Shown here one piece after another: positions 48,049 through 55,575 of a stretch of DNA of 57,600 nucleotides. The stretch lies in NCBI GenBank assembly GCA_900314465.1, contig OMVK01000017.1, forward strand, positions 1 through 57,600. Reading direction: 5' to 3'. Under the pieces are notes generated by a model, which saw only the letters and a list, made by a program, of their open reading frames with translations, did no database searches and was not told where the DNA came from. How positions within the stretch are numbered: the first letter of the stretch is position 1; each line of letters opens with the position of its first letter. The translations under genes and the position numbers were made by a program. This DNA comes from an uncultured bacterium. Its GTDB lineage: Bacteria; Bacillota_I; Bacilli_A; RF39; UBA660.

Positions 48049-49563
48049 TTATTCTTCATCTTTAAATAATGTCTTTGTTTCACTCATTTCACTAGGAATA
48101 GCTATATTCATATATTTAAGTATCGTCGGAGCTATCTGAGTAATATTACCATTATTTTTTAATTTAACATGTTTATCTCTAATAATAAAAGGAACTTTAT
48201 TACTAGTATGACCAAAATCAATACTACCATCTAAATTAAGCATATGTTCTACATTACCATGATCAGATGTTACTATTAATTTATAAAAATTATCATCAAC
48301 ACTTTCAATTATCTTACCTAAATATTCATCTATCTTATTTAGTGAATCTACTACTTTACTTATATCACCTAAATGACCAAATACATCAGGATTTTCAATA
48401 TTGACTAAGATAAAATCAACATCTCTTTCCATACATTTAATAATTTGTTTAGTAACTTCTTCTAAATTAAGTTCAGGATGATTATATATTTCTTTTTTAT
48501 CATATGATGGAATAATATAATTATCGCACCATTTAAGTTTCTTATCACTACATCCATTAAAATAATAACCAATATTATTAAATTTATCTATTTCTGCTAT
48601 TCTAGCTTGTTTTAAATTTAAATCAGATAAATAAGTACCTAAAGACAAGCCATCATTACTCTTATCTATTAAATTAATTAAATTTGGTACATCATCTATA
48701 GGTAATAAACTAGCCACTTTTAAATTAGGCATGTTTTTAACTTTAAATTCACTAAAGTCTTTATCACAAAATGTATTTAACATTTGTCTTAATCGATCAC
48801 TGCGATAATTTAATGATATTACTACATCGCCATCACTAATCATACTTTTATCATCTAATATAATTGGAGGTAATTTTTCATCATAAACATCTCTTGAATA
48901 ACACGCATTAATAGCACTCTTATATGACCTAATTAATACACCCTTACCATTAACAAGTAAATCATAATATACTTTAGTTTTCTTATAATCTTCTGCTCTA
49001 TCCATAGCAAAATCTCTTCCACAAATAGTAGCTATTTTACCAAGACCTACTTCTTTCATCGTATTATCTAAATCTTCTAAATAAGAAACACTGGTATTAG
49101 GTTGGGTATCTCTTCCATCAGTTATCGCATGAAAATATAATTTTTTAACTCCCATATTTTTTAAATGAGATATAAATGTTTTCATATAACCAATATCAGA
49201 ATAAACTTTACCATCACTTACTAAACCAATTAAATGTAATACTCCACCACTTCTTTTTAAATAATCAAGTAGTTCAAGTAATCTTTCATTTTTTTCAATT
49301 AATGTACTACATAATACTTCATTACATAAAGTTAAGTCTTGTTTAACATATTTACCAGCACCAATAAGTAAGTGAGATGCTTCACAATCAATTGTTTTAT
49401 CCTCAGGTAATCCTAAAGCTTCACCAGTTGTATCTAAATATGTATGAGGATATAAATCAATTAACTCATTATAATTATCCATATTAGCCATCTTAATAGC
49501 GTTTCCTTTTTCTTCACTACTTTCACCAAATCCATCTAAGATAATCATAAGAATTTTATTCAT
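48049..49563 (-). CDS. gpmI: 2,3-bisphosphoglycerate-independent phosphoglycerate mutase
   Basis: 504 aa. MIILDGFG, AITDGRDT, VTSDHGN and FGHLGD motifs. Confidence 0.9.
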   Translation of the reverse strand: MNKILMIILDGFGESSEEKGNAIKMANMDNYNELIDLYPHTYLDTTGEALGLPEDKTIDCEASHLLIGAGKYVKQDLTLCNEVLCSTLIEKNERLLELLDYLKRSGGVLHLIGLVSDGKVYSDIGYMKTFISHLKNMGVKKLYFHAITDGRDTQPNTSVSYLEDLDNTMKEVGLGKIATICGRDFAMDRAEDYKKTKVYYDLLVNGKGVLIRSYKSAINACYSRDVYDEKLPPIILDDKSMISDGDVVISLNYRSDRLRQMLNTFCDKDFSEFKVKNMPNLKVASLLPIDDVPNLINLIDKSNDGLSLGTYLSDLNLKQARIAEIDKFNNIGYYFNGCSDKKLKWCDNYIIPSYDKKEIYNHPELNLEEVTKQIIKCMERDVDFILVNIENPDVFGHLGDISKVVDSLNKIDEYLGKIIESVDDNFYKLIVTSDHGNVEHMLNLDGSIDFGHTSNKVPFIIRDKHVKLKNNGNITQIAPTILKYMNIAIPSEMSETKTLFKDEE

Positions 49564-49601
49564 ATTAAATCACCTGTACTATATTCTACCACAAAATAAA
49601 C

Positions 49602-50228
49602 TTAGCATTGTACCCTTGAAAAATATAACTTAGATACACTAGAAGTAACTAATGTAGTATTTTTTTCTCTATCGACACTTTTTGTAGTAGTATTACTAGA
49701 ATTATAAGTAGAACCCATACTGCCAGCTGGTGCATCTGCATCACACTTATAAACAATACCATTATAAATAACTTTATCACCCTTATGATATACTTTATTT
49801 GCATCATATTCTTCAGCATAATAAGCTTCAACATCAAGTGATGATTTACAATAACATAAACGAATGACACCTAAAAGCTTTGAACTATCTACTGGACTTA
49901 AAACAGCACTATCACCAGTAACTTCTGATTCAACATAACCCAAGTCAATTAAATCTTTAATAGTTAATTCATTACCATCACTATTTGTATAACAAGTATT
50001 AGTAGTTCCATCACTATTATAAGTAGTTTTATCTTTTATCTCATCCTTAATATTACTAGCATACTTCTTACCAGCAACTTCAATAGTACTAATCTTATTA
50101 TATAAAGTATTTCTTCTTACATCCTTAAACATATATAATATCCCAGGCATTAAAATAACTAAAACAATTGCAATAATAACCATTGCTGAAAGTAATTCGA
50201 CTAATGTAAAACCCTTATTTTTATTCAT
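49602..50228 (-). CDS. Type IV prepilin / pseudopilin with a C-terminal CBM5/12-like motif
   Basis: 208 aa. AGGTGA RBS. Class III signal MNKNKG|FTLVELLSAMVIIAIVLVIL with E at +5. C-terminal YDANKVYHKGDKVIYNGIVYKC (49719-49808 region). Own extended -10 (TGGTATATT) upstream. Confidence 0.88.
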   Translation of the reverse strand: MNKNKGFTLVELLSAMVIIAIVLVILMPGILYMFKDVRRNTLYNKISTIEVAGKKYASNIKDEIKDKTTYNSDGTTNTCYTNSDGNELTIKDLIDLGYVESEVTGDSAVLSPVDSSKLLGVIRLCYCKSSLDVEAYYAEEYDANKVYHKGDKVIYNGIVYKCDADAPAGSMGSTYNSSNTTTKSVDREKNTTLVTSSVSKLYFSRVQC

Positions 50229-50282
50229 ATATAATCACCTATTATTATTAAATATACCATATATTAAAATAAATTAAAATAT

Positions 50283-50313
50283 ACAAAAAAGGATTGTATT
50301 TAATACAACCCTT
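50283..50313 (-). terminator. Rho-independent terminator after cdaR
   Basis: aaggattgtatt (50289-50300) / aatacaaccctt (50302-50313), one G-U on the minus strand. Plus-strand A6 at 50285-50290 gives the U-run. Confidence 0.65.
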
Positions 50314-51655
50314 ATTTAATATTAACAGTAATTTCTGTCTTAGCAGCTTGTACAGTTACTCTAACATCATCAATTGTTACAGTTACTGGAACTGTCTGAC
50401 TACCTGCTTTTAATCCAGATAAATCAACATATGCATTTATTTGATCAGCCGTAATATTTTCAATTACTGAATCAACGCCTTTAACTATAACATCAACGAC
50501 TTTATCTTGATCACTTGCTGCACTTACTGATAAGTTACTACCTAGTCCTGTAGCTTGTACAACAACACCAGATATTGTCTTTTGACTTTCAGTACCAACA
50601 GTAACATTAACATTAGTCTTAGATGAACTTAGATAACGAACACCACTTGGTTTAGTTAATTCAACAGAGAATGACTTATCACTTGATAAATTAGTAACAT
50701 CTACTAATGCTTCGATACTATCAAGTGCATCAACTGTAGCTTTATCACCATAAACATCAACAGTTGAAACCGAAGAAGTAAGACTTGCAATAGCTTTACC
50801 TGAAGCCATTGTACCCGTGGTATTAACTTTTACTGGTAAAGTTCTATGATATGAATCAATTGTAACATCAGCCTTAACACTAGTTGGAACAATTTCAATA
50901 TTATCAAGTTTATTACCATTAGCATCATATGCAACTAAAGTAACATCTTCAAGAGTTTGCGTACCAGACTCAGTTAATGTAATCTTAGATGCATCAACTA
51001 AAGCTTTAACACTAGCTACTTTATCAAGATTTTCTTGAGAAGACTTACAAATAACTTCTGATGTATCTAGTTTAACATTACTAATAGATAAAGTATTACT
51101 TAACTTATCAACATTCATTAAATCATATGATAGTGAGAATACTTCAGATACTTTTTCACTTATCTTAACTGTAACTTTACTAGGATCTAGTTTATAACTA
51201 ACAGAATCAATCGAATGATTATATTTTAAATCAACTTTATATGTACCAGGACCATAACCTGATAAATCTAGAGTAACATCATTATTATCAAGTTGTGTTG
51301 CAAGATAAATACTAGATTTAGAACCAATTAATGTAATATCAACAGTATCAGGAACACCCTCAACTATATAAGCTTCTTGATTATATATTACATTAACTTT
51401 TTGTCCAGATAATACTTCAGCTTCTCTTTCAGTTAAATTTATAACATTAGAATCAACTAATAAAAAGGCAACTATTGCACATAATAATGATAAATAAATT
51501 AATACATTAGGTCTATTTAACCATGTTTCTAACTTAGATGAATTACCTTTAAATAGTCCTCTAATCCAATAAACAAGTTTACTTATTGGTGTAATTAATA
51601 TAACATCTAATATCTTATACAAGAATTTAAATGGAGCTAATAATATCTTAATCAT
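50312..51655 (-). CDS. cdaR: CdaA regulatory protein CdaR (YbbR-domain repeats)
   Basis: ATG at 51653-51655 preferred (GGAGATGGTG upstream, overlaps the cdaA stop). N-terminal TM, then repeated beta-rich YbbR-like modules (VTVKISEKV.., VKADVTIDS.., VNVTVGTES.., VTVTIDDVRV). Canonical position after cdaA. Confidence 0.8.
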   Translation of the reverse strand: MIKILLAPFKFLYKILDVILITPISKLVYWIRGLFKGNSSKLETWLNRPNVLIYLSLLCAIVAFLLVDSNVINLTEREAEVLSGQKVNVIYNQEAYIVEGVPDTVDITLIGSKSSIYLATQLDNNDVTLDLSGYGPGTYKVDLKYNHSIDSVSYKLDPSKVTVKISEKVSEVFSLSYDLMNVDKLSNTLSISNVKLDTSEVICKSSQENLDKVASVKALVDASKITLTESGTQTLEDVTLVAYDANGNKLDNIEIVPTSVKADVTIDSYHRTLPVKVNTTGTMASGKAIASLTSSVSTVDVYGDKATVDALDSIEALVDVTNLSSDKSFSVELTKPSGVRYLSSSKTNVNVTVGTESQKTISGVVVQATGLGSNLSVSAASDQDKVVDVIVKGVDSVIENITADQINAYVDLSGLKAGSQTVPVTVTIDDVRVTVQAAKTEITVNIK

Positions 51656-52478
51656 CGTCACCATCTCCATTCAATGAACCCATATTAGAATCTCCTCCAT
51701 AGAAGACTTCTGTCTTAGGTTTTAACTCTTCTAATAACATAGTCTTAAATTCTTCAAGAGTTAAATTATAATGTAAATAATTATCACAAGCTATAGATAT
51801 CTTACCTGTTTCTTCAGATACAACTAAAGCAATAGCATCAGTTTCCTCAGCAACACCTAAAGCCGCTCTATGTCTTGTTCCTAACTTTTTATTAACATTT
51901 GGATTCATACTAGTCTTAAATACTGCACCAGCACAAGTAATCTTATCCCCTTGAATAATTACACCACCATCATGACATGGATTTGGTGGTAAAAACAAAG
52001 CCTCAAGTAACTGACTAGTAATATCAGCATATATTTTAATAGCTGGTTGTATATACTCTCGTAAGCTCATATTACGTTCAATAACAATTAAAGCACCAAT
52101 TTTTTTCTTTCTTAAATGATCAACTGCAGTAACAAGTTCAAAAACAACTTTTTCTCTTTCATCAACAGTTAATACTTTATGTCTTCCAAGTAATTGAGTT
52201 CTACCTACTTGTTCAAGTATATTTCTAATTTCTGGTTGAAATATAACAATTAATGCTATAGGTCCCCAAGAAATAACATACTCAAGTAATACTCCTACTG
52301 TATATAAATTTAATAAATTACTTAATATTTTTATTAAAACAATAATTATAATTCCTTTAAATATTAAAACCATTTTTACATTATTCTTAATATTCTTAAA
52401 AATAATATAAAACATAGCCCATACAATACATATATCTATAATCTTTGTAACAATGTTCCAAACACTTGTTAAAGTCAT
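51648..52478 (-). CDS. cdaA: Membrane-bound diadenylate cyclase CdaA
   Basis: 276 aa. Three N-terminal TM helices. DAC domain GALIVIERN, HDGGVIIQGDKI, GTRHRAALGVAEETDAIALVVSEETGKIS. Confidence 0.93.
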   Translation of the reverse strand: MTLTSVWNIVTKIIDICIVWAMFYIIFKNIKNNVKMVLIFKGIIIIVLIKILSNLLNLYTVGVLLEYVISWGPIALIVIFQPEIRNILEQVGRTQLLGRHKVLTVDEREKVVFELVTAVDHLRKKKIGALIVIERNMSLREYIQPAIKIYADITSQLLEALFLPPNPCHDGGVIIQGDKITCAGAVFKTSMNPNVNKKLGTRHRAALGVAEETDAIALVVSEETGKISIACDNYLHYNLTLEEFKTMLLEELKPKTEVFYGGDSNMGSLNGDGDDD

Positions 52479-52540
52479 ATATTCACTTCCCTGTTTCCTA
52501 ATTATAACAAAAAATAACTAAATAATATTAAAAATATTAA

Positions 52541-52771
52541 TTAGTTTTTCTTATTTACATTATTTTCTTGTACAGGAACAGCAGCTGCTACATTAGATAT
52601 ATATGGTTGAGCTTCTAAAGTATCACTTGCTTCTTTTTCATGAATTATTTCATCACGATATTCATCATATTTATGTCTATCAACAATATAACCAAATAAA
52701 CCTAATAATAATACAATTGCAATAATAATAAACACTAACCAATTATTAATTATAAATGAAAGTATATCCAT
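52541..52771 (-). CDS. Small single-pass membrane protein
   Basis: ATG at 52769-52771 with AAGGAG 8 nt upstream. One TM (WLVFIIIAIVLLLGLFGYIV). Unknown function. Confidence 0.5.
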   Translation of the reverse strand: MDILSFIINNWLVFIIIAIVLLLGLFGYIVDRHKYDEYRDEIIHEKEASDTLEAQPYISNVAAAVPVQENNVNKKN

Positions 52772-52917
52772 AACATTCACTCCTTAATTCTATAATAATT
52801 ATACAAGTTTAAAATTACTATTTCAATTATATTAACTAAATAAATAAACGAATTAACAATTAATTGAACAAATAACTCTATAATGATATAATCAAATTAA
52901 TTAGGAGAGAAACAATT

Positions 52918-54015
52918 ATGGATAAAAAATTGATAAAAATAATTGGTATTGTTATTGGTGCATTTATACTTTTATTAATAATACTAATGCTTCTTGTATC
53001 ATGTGGAAATCATAAAACAAATTATAGTAAAGTAGAAGCAAATATGATAGAAGCTGCTACTAAATATTTTAAAGCTAATCAAAAAGAACTTCCAAGTGAA
53101 GATGGTAGTAGTAAAGATGTAAAATTAAGTAAGTTAGTATCTGATGGTTATATAAAAGATCCTAATAGTTCTAATAATAGTAACAATGGAACAACATGTG
53201 ATGGATATGTAACTGTTACTAATAATAATGGATATTATTTATTTAGTCCTAAACTTACATGTGGTAAAGATTATTCAACTGTATTTTTAAAAGATAAAAT
53301 AATAAGTGATAATAATAATGGTGTTGAATCTGGTTTTGGTTTATATCAAACAGATAATAATCAATACATATTCAAAGGTGATACAGTTAATAATTATGTA
53401 ACTATGAATGATAAAAATTATCGTATATTAAGAATTAATGAAGATGGTACAATAAGATTAATGAGTATAGATAAATCAAATACACAGTATGCATGGGATG
53501 ATAGATATAATAGCGATGTTTCATCTAGTGTTGGTATTAATGATTATTATCGTAACGATATAAATTCACGTATTAAAGATACACTTGAATCTATATATAC
53601 AAGCAGTTATACAGATAAAGAAAAAGCTTATATTACTACACAAACACTATGTGTTGGTAAAAGAAGTGAAGAAGATATTACTAAAGATGGTTCAACTGAA
53701 TGCTCTGTTCAACTTGATAATCAAGAGTTAGGTTTAATTACTCCTTATGAATATATGCAAGCAAGTCTAGATAATGGTTGTACTGAAACAACTGCTACAT
53801 CTTGTGGTAACTATAATTGGTTATATGACTTTAATTCATCATGGACATTAACTGGTGATACAGAAAGATCTGATAGAGTTTATGTATTAAATAAAACTCT
53901 TCGTAAAACTCAATGTATTACACCACAAAGAGTATACCCAGTATTTAACTTAACAGATAAAGCAATATATGTGAGTGGAACTGGTACAGAAACAGACCCA
54001 TATGTATTTAAATAA
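52918..54015 (+). CDS. Predicted lipoprotein / membrane-anchored extracellular protein
   Basis: 365 aa. AGGAGAG RBS. n-region MDKKLIK, long h-region, lipobox-like LVSC (Cys29, 53002-53004). Then a Cys-bracketed module of about 90 aa and a larger Cys-containing domain ending GTGTETDPYVFK. Confidence 0.7.
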   Translation: MDKKLIKIIGIVIGAFILLLIILMLLVSCGNHKTNYSKVEANMIEAATKYFKANQKELPSEDGSSKDVKLSKLVSDGYIKDPNSSNNSNNGTTCDGYVTVTNNNGYYLFSPKLTCGKDYSTVFLKDKIISDNNNGVESGFGLYQTDNNQYIFKGDTVNNYVTMNDKNYRILRINEDGTIRLMSIDKSNTQYAWDDRYNSDVSSSVGINDYYRNDINSRIKDTLESIYTSSYTDKEKAYITTQTLCVGKRSEEDITKDGSTECSVQLDNQELGLITPYEYMQASLDNGCTETTATSCGNYNWLYDFNSSWTLTGDTERSDRVYVLNKTLRKTQCITPQRVYPVFNLTDKAIYVSGTGTETDPYVFK

Positions 54016-54037
54016 TCTAGTTTATACTAGATTTTTT
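54015..54037 (+). terminator. Rho-independent terminator after the lipoprotein gene
   Basis: tctagt (54015-54020) / actaga (54025-54030) followed by T7. Confidence 0.7.
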
Positions 54038-54040
54038 TAT

Positions 54041-54067
54041 ATAAAAAATGTAGGTATTAAACCTACA
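54041..54067 (-). terminator. Rho-independent terminator after the convergent 291-aa gene
   Basis: atgtaggt (54047-54054) / acctacat (54060-54067). Plus-strand A-run 54042-54046 gives the U-run on the minus strand. Confidence 0.65.
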
Positions 54068-54943
54068 TTAATTATTCCATTTAGCTGTCAATACAATATT
54101 ATTTGTTAATTTAGAAGTATCAGTTATTCTCATATTATGATAATACCATCCAACAAACGTATAACCATTTCTAGTTGGTACAGGTAAGCTAACTTTACTA
54201 CCTTTATTAATACTAATACTATTTATTGTATTACCACCATTACTATTAAAACTAATAGTTATATTATTATTAATCTTAGTAGTTGTAACTAACTTAGTAG
54301 TAGTTTTCTTGGTAGTAGTTGTTGTACTAGTTGCTTTAGTAGTTTTACTAATAGTTGTTTTCTTTGTTGTCTTCTTTGCTATCTTCTTAGTAGTTGTATT
54401 AGTTTTCTTTGTTGTAGTAGCCTCTTTAGTATTAGTAGTTGTAGCTACTGTAGTTGCATCACTTGTTGTACTAGTAGTTTCTGGACTAACAGATTCAGTA
54501 GTAGTTGTTGATTCATTAGTTTCTTCTTGTAACGTATCTTTATTTAAATAAATAATTTTATTATCACTTGTTCCGTCACATGATAAATAACTTTCAAGTC
54601 TATATTCATTATCTAAATTATAAATAGATATGTAAGAAGCATTTAAATCACAAGAATTACCATTAGAATCATTAACTGTAATATCCATACCATTATCACT
54701 TAAAGTTTGTAAACTATCTTTCTTATAATCACCAACATTTTCAGGAAGATTATTTAAATAATAAGTCTTATTAATATTAGCAATATTATCTAGATTACTC
54801 TGGAATATACTATCTTTATTCTTATTATTGTTATTACTAATAACTAAACTAATTAATTTCATAACTAATAATAATATTAAAAAGAATATAATAACTCTAA
54901 CTATTATTTTTACATAGTTAATATGATTATCATCTTGATACAT
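54068..54943 (-). CDS. Membrane-anchored surface protein: Cys-bracketed module, Thr/Lys-rich linker, Listeria-Bacteroides repeat (Flg_new) domain
   Basis: 291 aa. TM IIVRVIIFFLILLLVMKLISLVI. C-terminus ITISFNSNGGNTINSISINKGSKVSLPVPTRNGYTFVGWYY...LTAKW matches the Flg_new repeat pattern. Confidence 0.75.
   Translation of the reverse strand: MYQDDNHINYVKIIVRVIIFFLILLLVMKLISLVISNNNNKNKDSIFQSNLDNIANINKTYYLNNLPENVGDYKKDSLQTLSDNGMDITVNDSNGNSCDLNASYISIYNLDNEYRLESYLSCDGTSDNKIIYLNKDTLQEETNESTTTTESVSPETTSTTSDATTVATTTNTKEATTTKKTNTTTKKIAKKTTKKTTISKTTKATSTTTTTKKTTTKLVTTTKINNNITISFNSNGGNTINSISINKGSKVSLPVPTRNGYTFVGWYYHNMRITDTSKLTNNIVLTAKWNN
54275..54511 (-). repeat. Low-complexity Thr/Lys-rich coding repeat
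   Basis: Plus strand is a run of agt/agta/gttgt units. Encodes TTTTESVSPETTSTTSDATTVATTTNTKEATTTKKTNTTTKKIAKKTTKKTTISKTTKATSTTTTTKKTTTKLVTTTK. Confidence 0.8.
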
Positions 54944-54990
54944 TTATACACCACCCATCAATAATACTTATTTATTATACACATACCTAT

Positions 54991-55500
54991 TTATTTTTCA
55001 ATCTCTAAAGTCATAAATTTACCACTAAGTTCATCAGTAACACTAACATTATAATTATTATTAATCCATATCTTAACGCTATATTCATGATTACTATAAG
55101 AATCTATTTGATTACTATCTAAATAAAAATAATAATAATTATCATCTTCACTATATTTAGTATTATCAAGTTTATATATATTATCATCTAACATAATTCT
55201 AATAGATTTATATGTTACACTAGATGATTTATCATAAGCATATACTAAATAATATTTTTTATCTTTATTACTAGGATTTCTTAATATTAAATTACTACTA
55301 TCTATCTTATTACTATTATTATCACTCATAATATATAAATTATGTATACCATCAAAATATACAGATATATCTATATCATTATAACTACTTGCAATAGTAT
55401 AACCTTCTTGCATACTTGAATTAGACCATACAAATAAAGAAAAAATAAGTACAAAAATAGTTATAAACAAACTAAACCAAATCTTCTTAACATCAACCAT
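54991..55500 (-). CDS. Single-pass membrane protein with an Asn/Tyr-rich extracellular domain
   Basis: ATG at 55498-55500 with AAGGGGA upstream. TM IWFSLFITIFVLIFSLFVW. No family recognised. Confidence 0.55.
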   Translation of the reverse strand: MVDVKKIWFSLFITIFVLIFSLFVWSNSSMQEGYTIASSYNDIDISVYFDGIHNLYIMSDNNSNKIDSSNLILRNPSNKDKKYYLVYAYDKSSSVTYKSIRIMLDDNIYKLDNTKYSEDDNYYYFYLDSNQIDSYSNHEYSVKIWINNNYNVSVTDELSGKFMTLEIEK

Positions 55501-55575
55501 ATATATCCCCTTTTTCTTAGGAATATATTCTAACACTACATGTATTTTCAGTCAAAAAAATAGTATAAACATATA

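Noticed and set aside
54275-54511. Highly repetitive agt/gtt-rich DNA considered as a tandem repeat locus or CRISPR-like array.
   Set aside because: It has no spacer/repeat periodicity. It is in frame within a long ORF and encodes a Thr/Lys-rich stalk, so it is a low-complexity coding region.
45064-54551. ORFs 45064-45288 (-), 45567-45764 (+), 45792-46055 (+), 49649-49870 (-) and 54309-54551 (+).
   Set aside because: They are antisense or off-frame within deoD, the fur-family gene, the permease, the prepilin gene and the Thr-rich linker (the last reads as poly-Val, the mirror of the poly-Thr coding strand). Spurious.
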